Of a DNA stretch of 64,000 nt, positions 45,632 to 58,400 are shown in pieces. The notes under the pieces are model-generated. The model saw only the letters and a program-made list of their open reading frames with translations. It searched no databases and had not been told where the DNA came from. This DNA comes from Cyanophora paradoxa CCMP329 (lineage: Eukaryota > Plantae > Glaucophyta), in the NCBI GenBank assembly GCA_004431415.1, contig QPMI01000593.1, positions 126,979-190,978 of the forward strand, given 5' to 3'. Position 1 is the first letter of the stretch; every line of letters starts with the position of its first letter. A program made the translations under genes and the position numbers.

Positions 45632-46488
45632 CCGGAAATCGCCCGGAGCCGGCGGACGACTTCTAAAAGCTAAATCTAGCGGTTACTGGAGCTAGCACAG
45701 AGGTTGACTCTAGCCGGCGGCTGCAGGCCTAGGCGGCAGCTACGGCGGACTGGCCGAGGAGAGGCAAGCGCTTCGGCTGGGGTTGAGAACCAAGTGCTAC
45801 AAGCGCTCTACTGGCGCCGTGGTTGTCGACGAGAGCCTCAGGAGCGGCCGATCGAGCCCGTGCGATCTGACTCAGGTCGATTAGGGGGAGGCGAGCCGCG
45901 AGACGGGTACAGTCAGTTACTTTTGGCAGGCTTGGCGCGGATTTCACGAGCGGCGCTGTGTTGTAGGCAATCGAAAGCGGTGCGCCGCGCTCATTGCGCA
46001 CATTTGAGACGGGCGCCGCGCGCTGACGGCGCGCCCAGCAGGCCGCAGCAGGAATCGCCCTCCGCCGGCGCGGCGTTCGCGTGCGCCGCGCCGCGTCAAC
46101 GTCGCAGCGATCGAGTCGCCTCCAGCTTGCCCACGGCTGCGGTAAAGTCGCGCTCCTCGTTGTCGCGGCCAATTCCCATCGGCGCCCGCGGCACTCCCGC
46201 GCACTCTTGCGTGCCCAGCAGCAGCGCAGCATTTTTCTATTACCTGCTACCGCGTAGGCAGGCATCGCCGCATCGCCCTACGGGCGGCTCTCACAATTGA
46301 TCCTCGCATGGCGGGGTCCGCCTCCCTCAGCGCCGCCATGCGCACATCGCCACCGCAGCGACTCTACCTCTCCTAACTTGCATTTACGTTCGCTGCGCAC
46401 GCAGGGGGCGCGGCAGCGCGACGAACGATCCGGCCGGTATCTCAGCAAGCAACCCCAGTCCTACGCCGGGTCCTTTCCAGCAGCGCTG

Positions 46489-49400
46489 ATGGAACGCGTG
46501 GCTCCTAAGCGTCGTGGGGTGGGTTCTCGCTATGTGCGCGCGTTGTTGCGCCGTATCGCGCGGATGACGCGAGCGCAGGGTAAGCGAGGCGGGAAGAACG
46601 GCGCCTCTGAGCGCGAGGGCGCCGCGTCCAAGGGCGCGCTCTCGTTGCCTCCGTCGTTCCTCGGCGCCGCCGCCCCGATCCGCGCCGTCGCCTCCTCTCC
46701 GCCCGTCTCTGGAGCCGCCATCACCGGCATCCAGCGCTACCTGCTGGACGAGCAGCCCGTGCTCGACCGCTCCCGCTCCCCGGCACTCCCCGCCGACGCG
46801 CTCGGCGCCCCCGCGCACGCACCGCCGCCGCCGCCGCCCGCCTTCCGTCCTCCGATCATCCGCATCAAATCGCCGGTCGGCGCCGCGCGCCCGATCCCTC
46901 GCGAACGCCTAACTAACGTCCGCTGCGCGCGCGCGCAGCCGCCGCCGCGCGAGAGGGGAGCCTCCCCGCCCCCGTGGGGACACCCCGTCCGCCGCTTCCG
47001 CCCCGCGAACTACAACGCCGCCGGCGCCGCGTCGCCCGCAGCGAACTCGAACGGCGCGTCTCTCTCCGACTCCGCAGCGGCGCCCCCCTCCGCCTCCGCT
47101 CTCCTGCGGACGCCGGCGCGGGCCGCCGCGCGCGATCCGGCTCCCGCCATTGTACGCACGGTGACGAAGCCAGCGGGCAAGGCGCCCACGCGGCGCTTCG
47201 GGCAGCGCGCCCTCCCGCGCGCCTCGCCGCCGCCGCCGCAGCAGCAGGAGCGCAGCAACGGCAACGACAACGGCCACGGGAGCGCCCCGGCGTACGTCGA
47301 GCTCGCCAGCAGCAGCAGCGGTGTGGAGGAGACCGCGCCGCCTCCGCCTCCGCCCGCGCTCACTCCCGCGCCGGCGCCCTTCGGATCCACGCCGCCCAGG
47401 GGCCGGCCCGGAGGCAAGAAGCTCGCCCGGGGGACGCCGGCCGCGCACCCCTCCACGCCCTCCTCCACCACCGCCTCCGCGCCGCCCTCGCCGGCGCCCC
47501 TCTCCGTCCGCTCCTCCCCCGTCCCCGGTTCCTTCCCTGTACCCCCAATGGCGTCGCCTGCGGCCGGCCACGGCCCCGGCCCCGACCCGCCCCACGGCGT
47601 CGGCGTGGGGCCCGTGGGGGGGTACGGCTCCCACCCGGGCCGGCCCCAGCCCCAGGTCCGCCCGGCATCCTTCACCCCGCCCCCCCGCCCCTCTGAGTGC
47701 GTACCCCCGCCCCGCAGGCGGCGGCTGCGGCGGAGCGCAACGCCATCATGATGGAGACCTACGTTCGGGGTACGCGATTGACCCTCTACCCCTAGCCCTG
47801 TCCTGGGCCTCCTCTAATCCTGGCCGCCCGCGCAGAGACCTTCACGGCCTCGAAGATCGCGGCCTCCGAGGCGCTGCGCCGATCCCGCGCCGTCGCCTCC
47901 CCCGCCGACCGGGTACGCCGTTCTCGCCTCTCTTCTGAGCCCGGGCGAGCCTTCTCCCCTGCCGCTCACGCTCGCCCGCTCGCTCGCGCGCGCGCAGGAG
48001 CAGCGCTGCTTCGCGTGCAAGCGCAAGGCCGGCAGCGCCGGCTCGCTCCTCCCCTGCGAGCGCCCAGGCTGCACCAAGGCACGTCCGCCCGCCCCGCCCC
48101 GCCCGCCCCTTCCATCCCGGCCCCGTTCTTTCCTCTCCGCCCGCCCGCCCGCCCGCCCGCCCGACTGATTCCTTCGTTCTCCTCCTCCTCCGCGCAGACG
48201 TACCACAAGAACTGCCTCCTCCCGAGCCAGGTGCCGCCCCCCGAACCGCGCCTTCTCCTACCCCTCGCCTTGTACCCCTCGTTCTTACCTCGAACCCCGC
48301 GGCAGCGCCCGCCGGCGTCGTTCCGAGCGACGGCGCGGATGCGGGCCGAGGACCCGAACTACGTGCCCTGGGAGTGCCCCTGGCACGCCTGCTGGGCCCC
48401 GGTGCCTTCCCTCTCCTCTCCCGACGTTCCCTACGACGTCTGACGCGCGCGGGGCAGGGGTCGGGCCCCGGGGCGTGCCGGGGCCGCGTGGTGCACTGCG
48501 CCTCGTGCCCCCTCGCCCGCTGCGAGGCGCACCTCGAGGCGGACCTCCGGCCCCTCCTCGGCAAGCCCGTCCTCCACAAGGCGCGCCGCCCTGCCCGTTC
48601 CTTTGCTCGCCCCGCTCTGTTTCTGAGGGGGGCGCGCCGCCGCCTTGCCTGTAGGACTCGGACCCCGACCCTTCGGCCGTCCGCATCGTCTGCGACGCGT
48701 GCGGGCCCCTCATTGCGGTCCGCCTCGCAGCCCCCGGCCCTCCCTTAGAGGATTGGGTTCGACCGTTCGGCAGGCGGTCTCGCACTACCTGGTGCCGGTG
48801 GAGGGCGCCGCCGCCCCGCGGGAGCTCCTCGAGCGCCCGGATCGCCTGCCGGGCCCGCCGCGGCGGCGCGCCGGCGCGGGGCGGGCCACGGCAGCCGCAG
48901 CAGCAGCCGCGTCGCGGCGGCCCACTCGCACCTCGCCGCGGCGTCGGCGCCGGCCGCGGCGGCCAGAACCTCGTCTGAGCGAGAGGCGGCCTCGTCGGCG
49001 GCCGCCTCGTCCGAGCGCGCGGCCGAGGCGGGCGCGGCCCGCGCAGAGCTGGCTGCCATCGCCGCCGCCACCGCCCCGCCGCCCCGCCGGCCCGCCGCCG
49101 CCGCCGGAGTCGCCGGAGCTCGAGGCGGTGGTCATCGACGACGACCAGGCACAGGCGGAGGCGGAGGCGGAGGCGGAGGCGGACGAGGAGCAGATGTACT
49201 TCCCCTCGGGCCGGCCCCGCCGCCAGCAGCGCACGCGGCGCCCCGCAGGCGGCCGCGGCCGCGGCCGCGGCCGCCGCCGCGCCGCCGCCTCGGTCTCCGT
49301 CCCCCGCCCCGAGCCCGCCCCTGCGGACGCCGCTCCCGCGGCCGCCGCCAGCGAGGGCGAGGCGGCGGCGGCGGCGGCGTGGGCGCAGCAGATTCGAGCG

Positions 49401-50048
49401 GGGCGGCCTGCCGTCGAGGAGACAGAATCGGAGGAGGAGGAGGAGGGGGGGAGGGGACGGGGCGAGGAGGAGGAGGAGGCGGAGCTCGCTCTCGCCAGCG
49501 AGGTCGACGAGGAGCCGGCGGGACCGCTCCGCACGCCGCCGCGCCTGCCGGACCCGGCGCCGCCTTTGCTCTCCGCCACCGCCACCGCCGCCCTCCGCCG
49601 GACCGGACCCTGGGCCGCCGGCGGCCTCAAGCGGCGCCGGAGCAGCAGCGCCAGCAGCGGCGCCGCCGCTGCCCTCTCCGACCTCATCGAAGGCGGCGGC
49701 GGCGGCGCCGGCGCCCCCGCCGTCGATCTCGCCACGCTCCTGGGAGCGCTCCTGCATGCGCAGCGGCCGGGGCCGGGGCCGGCGGCCCCCGCGGCCACCG
49801 CGGCCCGCCCGGCGGCCCTCCCGGGCACCCTCATCGGCCAGCTGGACGAGGCGAGCGCCCTGGGGCTCGCCCTCGCAGCGGCGGCGGCGGCGGCCGCCGG
49901 GGGCGTAGGGGCCGGCGGGGCGGGGGCGGCGGACGGAATGCACGTGGAGGAGGGGGGGCAGCAGCAGCGGGGCCCGAAGCCCGAGGGGAGCCCCGCCCCC
50001 GCCCCCTTCGACGCGGACGCCCTCTTCGACTTCGGCGCCTTCGAGTAG
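46489..50048 (+). CDS. Protein with NSD-type PHD + C5HCH zinc fingers in low-complexity sequence
   Basis: EQRCFACK..SLLPCERPGCTK|TYHKNCL..WECPWHAC..CRGRVVHCASCPLARCEAH follows the PHD5-C5HCH pattern of NSD1-3. No SET domain seen. Confidence 0.75.
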
Positions 50049-50068
50049 GCCTAGGGACCGCAGGACTT

Positions 50069-50090
50069 TCTCTCTCTCTCTCTCTCTCTC
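50069..50090 (+). repeat. (TC)11 microsatellite
   Basis: Dinucleotide run just after the PHD gene stop. Confidence 0.9.
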
Positions 50091-51119
50091 TTTGAGGGCT
50101 TCCCGGTAGGGGCAGCTGCTGCAGGGGGCGCTGGCGCTTGGCTTGGGTTGTACAGTTGTAGCGGTGTCAGGATTATTCGGGGTTCCGGGTGCACAGCGGT
50201 GGCTTGCTTTTCGCTCTGATTCGAATGTGTGTTTGGCAGACGTGTGGCGTTCGGCTTTGTTTCGGATATGTTTCGGACGAGAAGCCCTCCCGTCCATTTT
50301 TGTTGCCGCAGTCCCTTGCTAGATAACTTCTTTGAGACGTCAACGTTGGAAAAGACATCGATATCGATATCGTGGTTACGTTTACGAAAGTGTGCCCAGT
50401 CGGTGTTTATGTACATCATAGTATATCATGATCACGGTATTAAGCGACTGCCACGTGCACGTTGCCAAGTACTAGTTGACATGACATGCACACGCACCAG
50501 GCGCGGCAGCCTAGCGCCTGGCACTGCAGCACTGTGGCGCCGGCAGTGTGCGGAGACCGTCGGACGCGTTTATATTAATTAATCATTGAATTTGCGACTC
50601 GATCCGAGGCTCCGAGGTTCTCAGGCTCTAGATCTAGATCTAGAGGCCGAGCACGAGCCTCGGCCGCGCGCCTCGTCTCGTGGCCGTGAGTCGTACGCGT
50701 GGGCCCCGCGGCCGTGAGCTGGAATCCACGTGCACTGCGGCCCCGTGGCACGTGCACAGATCTAGATCTCGATTATGAAATTGACACATGCTTCTGAGGT
50801 AAAACTGCGTAGGATACTACAGCCTAGTCTGGCTTCATTGAATTATATACTAGCTAGCATGAACTAGCATTCAGTGAGTAATTCACACATATCAATAAGT
50901 ACGCATAAGTACACAAACATACTAAGAAAGAGAGAGGGGGGCGGCCCGCCGGGCCGGCGGGGGCCGAACCCGTACTACGGTATACACTGGGCGACGGCCA
51001 AGTCCTGACCAGGAAAAAGAAGGCCCGAAAAAGAACCGATCGGGGGGAAAAAGCGGCCGCGGGGGCCGTGGGCGTGGGAAGAGAGAGCACAGGACAGGGA
51101 AAAGGGCGGCTGCGGCCCG

Positions 51120-52122
51120 CTAAGCCTGCTCGGCGAAGATACGGAAGGAGGAAACTCGGACGGTGGGCGAGGGGCCGCCCGAGGGCGCCGGGCTCGGGCG
51201 CAGCGGGGGGCCGGGCCCGCCGGCGCCGGCGCTCGCGGGGGCCAGCGCCGAGCTGGAGGAGGGGGCGAGGGCGCGAAGACGACGGGCGGGCGCGGGCGGC
51301 GGCGGGGCGGGCCCCGAAGCCCCGGCGGGGCGGGGCGGGGCGGGCCCCGGGGGGCGGGAGCGGGCGAGGGCGGCGGCGAGGGCGCGGGCGACGCGCTCGA
51401 AGTAGAGGTCCCGGCGGCCGCGAGGGCCGAGAGCGCCTCGTCGAGGACGGGGCGCCCCAGTCCGGCCCGCCGGGTCGGCGTGCGCCGCCGAGAGCAGCAG
51501 GGCGAGGCCGAGGTCGCGGGCGTGGCGGGGCGGCCCAGGCCGCCCCGCGCGAGCGAGGCGGCCGCCTCGAAGTCGCGGCGGGCGCGGGCACGTCGCCGCG
51601 TGCCGAGGCGGCGAGGCCGGACCCGACGAGGGCGAGCGGGGCGACGACGGGGAAGCCGCGCAGGCTCGCCAGGTACCGCGCGCCCTGCGCCGCCGCCGCC
51701 GCCGCGTCCACGGGCGGGGCCGAGGCGGGCGCCTTTGCGCCGATGCCCGACGCCGTGCGCCGGACCAGCGTCACCGCCGGCGAGGCGGCGGGGAGGCGGC
51801 GGCGGCGGCCTCGTCTGCGGAGGAGAGGGCGGCGGCGAGGGCCTCGGCGTTGAAGCGGCGCGAGGAGCGCGCCGTGGCGCCCGAGAGCATGCGCCGCGAG
51901 TTCTCCCGGCTCCCGCCCGCCCCCTCGGCCGCCTTGCGCTGCGGCACCGTCGGCAGCGTGGCGAGGAGGACGGCGCCCGGGTGCCTCTCCCGCGGCTGCT
52001 CGGCGGCGACGTCGTCGCCGGGGTCCCCGGGCCGGATTTTGGAGGACGAGGCCCCAGGTGGTGCGGAAGGCCCCGGGGCGCCGCCGCCGCTCCGAGGTCC
52101 CCGGCCGGGCGTGGAGGGCGCC

Positions 52123-52153
<31 letters not shown>

Positions 52154-55100
52154 GGTGGGCGACGAGGCGGTCGACGGCGAAGAGGGCGAGCACGTAGACG
52201 GCCCCCGCCACGTAGTCCGCCATGTAGAACTGGGGGCGGGGCAAAGGAGCGGGGTCAGCTAGCTAGTTCGGAGGAGGGGGAGGAGGAGGAGGAGGAGGAG
52301 GAAGAGGGTTTGTTTGATCTTAGGCCATCTAGACGAGTCTTGGCTTGAGAGCGGGGCCGTTGGGCCGCTAGAGAGGGGGAGGAGGCGAGACGCAGAGTGT
52401 GGGATCCACAGATCATCACTCGTCACCATCGTCTAGGCCGTCTAGACCACCAGAGGGCGGGGCGGGGCGGGGCGGGGCGGGGCGGGGCGGGGCGGACCTG
52501 GGAGGCGAAGAAGGCGGGGGAGGTGACGAGGGCTACGGCGTCGGCGGCGGCGTGCGCGGCGGTGCGGCCGTCGGCGCCGCGCGGGCGGAGGCCGTGCGAG
52601 CGCAGCATCGCCTGCGCCTGGCACGCAAGCAGCGCGGCGCGGTACTGGGGCGCCAGCGCCGCCACCTCGTGGGCCCGCGCGAAGGCGTCCAGCTGCTCCA
52701 GCGCCGTCCCGCTCATGTCCTGGCTCAGCAGCAGCGTCGCGGCGGCCACCGCCCCCGCCGCCATGCTCATCTCGTCGGTGAGGTCGCGGTGCCGGTCGGC
52801 GCGCGCCGCCGCGTCGAGCGTCGAGGCGTAGAGGGCGTGGGCGAGGGCCGGGGGGGTACCGGGCCCCCGCAGCGTCCCGATCGCGCGGTACATGTTCGCG
52901 ACGAGCACGGGCCGCACGGCGCCGCTCTGGGCGCCCAGGTCGGCGAGGGCCGAGAGGGTGCGCTCGGCGCGGGCGAGGCGGCCGGCGGCGAGGTGCGCGG
53001 GGCCCGTGTGCCAGAGGACCGAGCGCCAGCCCTCGTCCGAGGTGCCCTCCTCCGATATGAGCTCGAGGGCGAGCTGGCAGTAGAGGGCCGACTTGCGGTG
53101 CCGCCTCTCCAGCCCGCAGACCGACGCGAAGACCGCGAGCCCGACGGCCGCCGACTCGCCGCGGATGGCGCCGGAGAGGGCGGCGCGGGCGAGGGCGAGG
53201 CCGCAGTAGTCGTGGAGGGGGGCGTCCGAGGTCTGGAGGGCGCCCCACCGGGCGACCTGCAGGAGCCTCGCCGCCTCCTCCTCGGCCTCCGCCCCCGCGC
53301 CCGCCCGCCGGCTCTTGGCGGCGCCGGCCACGGGCAGGCTGATCAGGTCCTCCAGCGCCGGGGCGCGCCGCAGGGCGAGGCCGGCCCGCGCGAAGGCGCA
53401 GCGGAGGCGGAGGAGCCAGCGCGAGGCCGGCAGCGGCCGCCCCAGCGCCCGCAGGCCCGCCCGGCACGCCTCCATCGCGTCCCGGTGCAGCCTGGAAGAA
53501 AAGGATAAGAAAAGAAAAGGAAAGAAAAGGGAGGGAGGGGTACGTACCCCATGCGGTGGAGGACCTCGGAGCGGGAGCGGAGCCAGCGGGCGCGGGTCGC
53601 CGGCTCCGCCGCCGGGTTGATCCGCAGCAGGTCCTCGTACAGCCGCGCCGCCTGAAGCCATGGTGAGCGCGGAGCTCGGGCGGGGTCGGGTGCGGTTGGT
53701 TCTAGGCTAGCCCGACGGGCTGCGTGGCCTGCGCGGGGGTACGCGCCTCGATGTTCGCGTAGTTCTCGAGGGCAGCCGCCGCGCATCGCTCCAGGTACGC
53801 CGCCGCCTGCGAACGAAGCGTCAGAGATGAGGGGGGGTAGGGGGAAGGCGGGGCGCGCCCTGTGGGGCTCGTCGGCGTGGAGGAAGTGGTTGACGAGGGT
53901 GGAGAGGGCGGGGAGGTCGGCGGCGGCGGCCCCCGAGGCGGCCTCCCCGAGGGAGGCCAGGCGGCCCTCGTGGTGGAGGGCGAGCACGCGGTGCAGCGCC
54001 CGCCGCTCCTGCACGGGCAGCAGCCCGTACGCCACCTGAGGGAGGAGAATAAGGAAGGAAGGAAGGAAGGAAGGGAGGAGAGAGGCGCGGGGGGGCGCGC
54101 GCCTCCTGCATGATGGCGTTGGCGAAGGACCACTCCTCCTCCTCCTCCTCGTCCTCCTCGAACTCGGAGGCGGAGGCCCCCCCCGAGCGCAGCGAGGCCG
54201 CGACCGACGCCGCGCGCCGCCGCCGCCGCCGCTCCTCCGCGAACTGGCCGGCGCCCCCGTCCGCCTCCGCGGAACGCCGCGCCGCCCGGCTCCGCGCCGC
54301 GGGGCCCCGCCGCTGCGCGCGAAGAAAGCAGCGCCGCTCAGCTCACATCGCATCAGAGCGGGCTCAGGTGAGCGGGCTCAGGTGAGCGAACCACGACGGC
54401 AAGGACCTCGAGCGCCTCGAGGTCGCTCGTGACGTCGTTCGCGAGCGCCTCCTCCGCCTCCGCCTCCGCCTCCGCCGCCGCCTCGGCGGCCCCGGGCGAG
54501 GCGGGGCCCTGGGGCGAGGCCGTCGAGGCGCGCCGCGGCGTCGTCGTCGCCGAGGGGCGGCCCGAGGGCGCAGAGCTCGAGCCGCGCCGCAGCCGCCGCG
54601 GGTGCACGCACGTGATCTCCCGCTGCTCAGATCGCATCAGATCGGATCAGATCGGATCAGATCAGATCAGATCAGATCTGAGGGGCGGACCACTGTGAAC
54701 TGCACTCCGACGACGGCGGCGAGCTTGAGGGTGAGGAGCTGCGAGGGGGAGAGCCTGTCCATGCGCGCCGTGAGCGCCGCCCGCACGTTGTCCGAGGGCT
54801 TGATCGGCCGCAGCGTCTTGACGAGCGAGCAGGCGCCGGCGGCGTCGACGGAGAGGAAGCCCTCGGAGAGCAGCGCTCGGGCCGAGTCGACGACGAGGAA
54901 GGGGACGCCGCTCGTCTCCGTGAAGATGAAGTCGGCGGCGGGGCGCGGCAGGCTCTCCGCCCCCAGCTTGGCGCACGCCAGCGCCGTCACCTCGTCCCGC
55001 GACATGGGCCCCAGCGTGAGGTGCACGCAGTGCGGCAGGTGCGACATCGAGTCCGTCGAGCGCGCCGCGCTGGAGAAGGGCGGCGGGGGGCGCAGCGAGA

Positions 55101-55381
55101 CGACGAGCATGACGCGCGCCGCCGGGTGCTGCGGCATCGCCGAGGCCAGCTCGACGAGGGCCGCCCACGACTGGCTGTCGGCCCCGTGCATGTCCTCCAG
55201 CGCGAGCAGCACGGGCTGCGGGCCCGAGGCCCGCGCGAGGATGAGGCGCGCGAGGAGGACGCGGAAGCCGTAGCCGCGGCCCTCCGCCCCCCGCTCCGCC
55301 GGGCCCGGCGCCATCCCCGCCGCGTTGGAGACCGAGAGGCGGGGCGCCGACGGCAGCGAGTGCCCCGCCGGCGCCCACTGC

Positions 55382-55425
<44 letters not shown>

Positions 55426-58400
55426 GGCGACGGGGGAGTCGGGGCGGGAGGGGGCGCCTCGTGCTGGTGCTCGGGGGCGCGGGGCCGGCGGCGGCGACGG
55501 CGGAGGGGCGGCGGAGGCCGAGGGAGCGGAGGGCGGCCTCGGCGCCGGCGAAGAAGGCCGTGAGGGTGCTGCCCGCCGCGAGGGCCGCGGCGACGGCTTC
55601 GGCGAGCCGTGCAGCGAGGCGGCCGCCGAGCCGCCGCCCGAGCCGCCCCCGCCCGAGCCCGCCCCGCCGCCGCGGTGGACGGAGCCCTCGACCGAGGCGC
55701 GGTGGACCGAGCCTCCTCCTCCTCCCCCTCCCTCGTTGGCCGAGGGCGCCGGCGGCGGCGGCTGCTGCTGCGGGGGCGGAGGCGAGGAGGCCCGCGCGTC
55801 GTGCCCGGAGGGACCGGCGGAGGAGAGGGAGGCGTGGGAGGCGGGCCCCGGGGCGGGGGGCGGGACGGGCTGGCCCCGGAGGGAGGCCCGCCGGTGGGCG
55901 TAGGCGGCGAAGGGGAGGCCGACGACCTCGGAGTGGGAGATGGAGGTGCGGCGCGGGGCCGCCGCCCCGGAGGCGCCAGGGGCGCCAGGGGCGGGAGCAC
56001 GCGGGGCGGGCTGGCGAGCGCCTCGAGGGCCGCCGCGGCACGCGGGGTGGCTCGGGACGCGCCGCAGGCTGCCGCCGAGGGCCGGCGGGGCCGGGCGGGG
56101 GCCCTCCGCCTCCAGCTCGACCCAGCGGACCGAGGCCCGCCGGCTCGCGCCGGCCCCCGATGGGCGAGGCGCAGGGGCCGGGGAGAGAGGCGCAGGGGGC
56201 GGGCCGGCGGAGGTGGAGGGCGTGCGGGAGGGGCCCTGCTGGAGGCTCGCGAAGCCGCCGGCCAGCGCCGAGGAGCGGGCGGGGTTGCTGGGCGACGGGT
56301 CCCGCGCCGGCCCCGCGGTCGCCAGGAGGCCGTGCGAGTGCGAGTGGGAGTGGTGGGAGTGGGAGGCGGGCGGGGCGGGGCCCTGCGCCGGCGCCGGGGC
56401 CTCGAGCCGCAGCATGCGGACGAGGTCCTCGAGGAGGGCGATGTCGGCCTCCGTCTCGAGGTAGGGGACCATCTGGAGGAGGCCGAGGGGGAAGAGGGAG
56501 GCGAGGAGGGGCCCCCAGACGGCGAAGGGGTGCAGGTGGCCCGTCTGCGCCCGCGAGGCGGCGACGGCGACGGCGACGCCGTTCTCCTCGGCGACGCTCG
56601 CCGCGTGCGCCACCAGGATGCTCTTGCCCATCCCGCCTGCAAAGCGGAGCAGAGCTGAGCGGAGCGGGGCGAAGCATAGCGGAGCGGAAGAGAGCGAGGC
56701 AGAGGCGCACTGTCGCCCTCGATGATGACGGCCGAGGAGCCGCGCTGCGCCTGCGCCGCCAGCTCCGCCAGCGTCGCCGAGAGCGAGCGCCCGGCCGCCG
56801 TCGTCGTGTTGCTGCCGCCCGCCGCGCCGCCGTTGCCGTTGCCCACGGAGCCGGAGGCGGCCATGGCCGAGGAGGCGAAGCCGCCCGGCCGCCCCGAGGG
56901 CGACGCGGCGCCGCTCTCCCGCGCCGCGCCGCGGGCCTTGAGGCTGGCCACCGAGCCGCGGCGGAGGGCGCTGGCGCGGCGGTCGGCCAGGCTCTGCCGC
57001 AGGTCCACGCTGCTGCCGCGCCGCGTGGGCCCCGGCGTGCCGTGCAGCGAGCCGGGCCCTGAGCGCGAGTCGGGCGGGGGCGCCGCGTTGAGCAGCGCCT
57101 CGATGCGCGTCTCGAGCGCCTCCACCTCCTCCTCCCGCCCCACGACCTCCTCGTAGCGCGGGGCGGCGCTGGGCGCCGCCGCCCGCCCCGAGGGCCCCGG
57201 GAGGAGCACCGAGGCGCGGCGGCGCTGGCAGGGGCGGAACGCCGGCACGGCCCCGACGATGCCCTTGAGCGTCAGCTCGGCCGCGAACTCCATCGCCACG
57301 CCCGGGAGGCTGCCGCCGGGGCTAAGAAGGACGGCGGCAGAGGCGGAGAGGCGGAGAGGCGACGGCCACGCACGCGAGGCCGTAGGTCTTGGAGTCGACG
57401 AGGATGCCGCCGAGCTGCTCGGCCTTGGACATCAGCCGCGCCGCCGTGTTCACTGCCCCGCGCGCGCCCCGTCAGGCCGCTGGGACGAGCCAGCGAGCGA
57501 GCGAGCGAGCAGACGAGCGGGCGGGCGGGCGCACCGACGGTGCCGAAGACGGAGAACTCGCAGCGCGTTGTCGAGCCGACTGTGCGGCGCGTCAGGCCGC
57601 CCGAGGCGCGGCAGGCAGGGCCGGGCCAGGGCGGGCGCACCGAAGGTGCAGTAGACGAGGCCCGTCGTGCACCCGATGTTCACCTGTCAGACGCGGCCCG
57701 GTCGGTCAGAGGCGGCGCAGTCAGAGGCGGGCCGGCGCACGTTGACGCCGACGGCGCCGAGGGCGTCGCGGACGTCCACGGCGCACGCCACGCAGCGCAC
57801 GGGGTCGTCCTCGTGCGCCACCGGCCTGCGCAAGAGTCAGGGGCGGGCGGGCGGGCGGGTGGTGGGCGGGCGCGCCAGAGGCCGAAGACGCCGATGAAGA
57901 CGGTGCCCTTGTCGTCGACGAGGATCTGGCGGAGGCTCCCCTCGTGCGCGTACAGCACCGCCTGCAGCGTCCGCACCTGCGGAACCGCAGCAGCTCAGGT
58001 TGGCCGGGCTCAGGGGACGGCTCGGGGGCGGGGCGCGCGGTGCGCTGGACGGCGGCGTGGCTCATGTCGGCGTGGTCCAGCATCGCGAAGAGGACGGAGA
58101 CCTGCCCGGAGGAGGAGGCGGAGGAGGGGCTAAGCCAAGCGCCGGGAGGGAACGAAGGAAAGGGCCCCGCACGGATCGGAACTCGGAGAGGTAGCGGGTC
58201 GGGTCCACGTCGTCCCCCCACGAGCTCATCTCCTCCAGGCGCGCCCGCACCTGCCCGCCCGGCCGGGCGTGAGCAGCGAAGGCGGGGCGGGCCGGGCCGG
58301 GGCGGGGGCGGACGGTGTAGGGCATGTAGAGGGCGACTGCGTCGGCCTGCTCGTCGGTGAGCTTCTGCCGCGCCGCCGCCGCCGCCGCCGCCGGGCGCGC

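Noticed and set aside
51300-56100. Apparent frameshifts in the cyclase genes as programmed frameshifting or an alternative genetic code
   Set aside because: They fall in GC homopolymer/low-complexity runs, best explained by assembly indels or unrecognised introns. Conserved genes end in standard stops.
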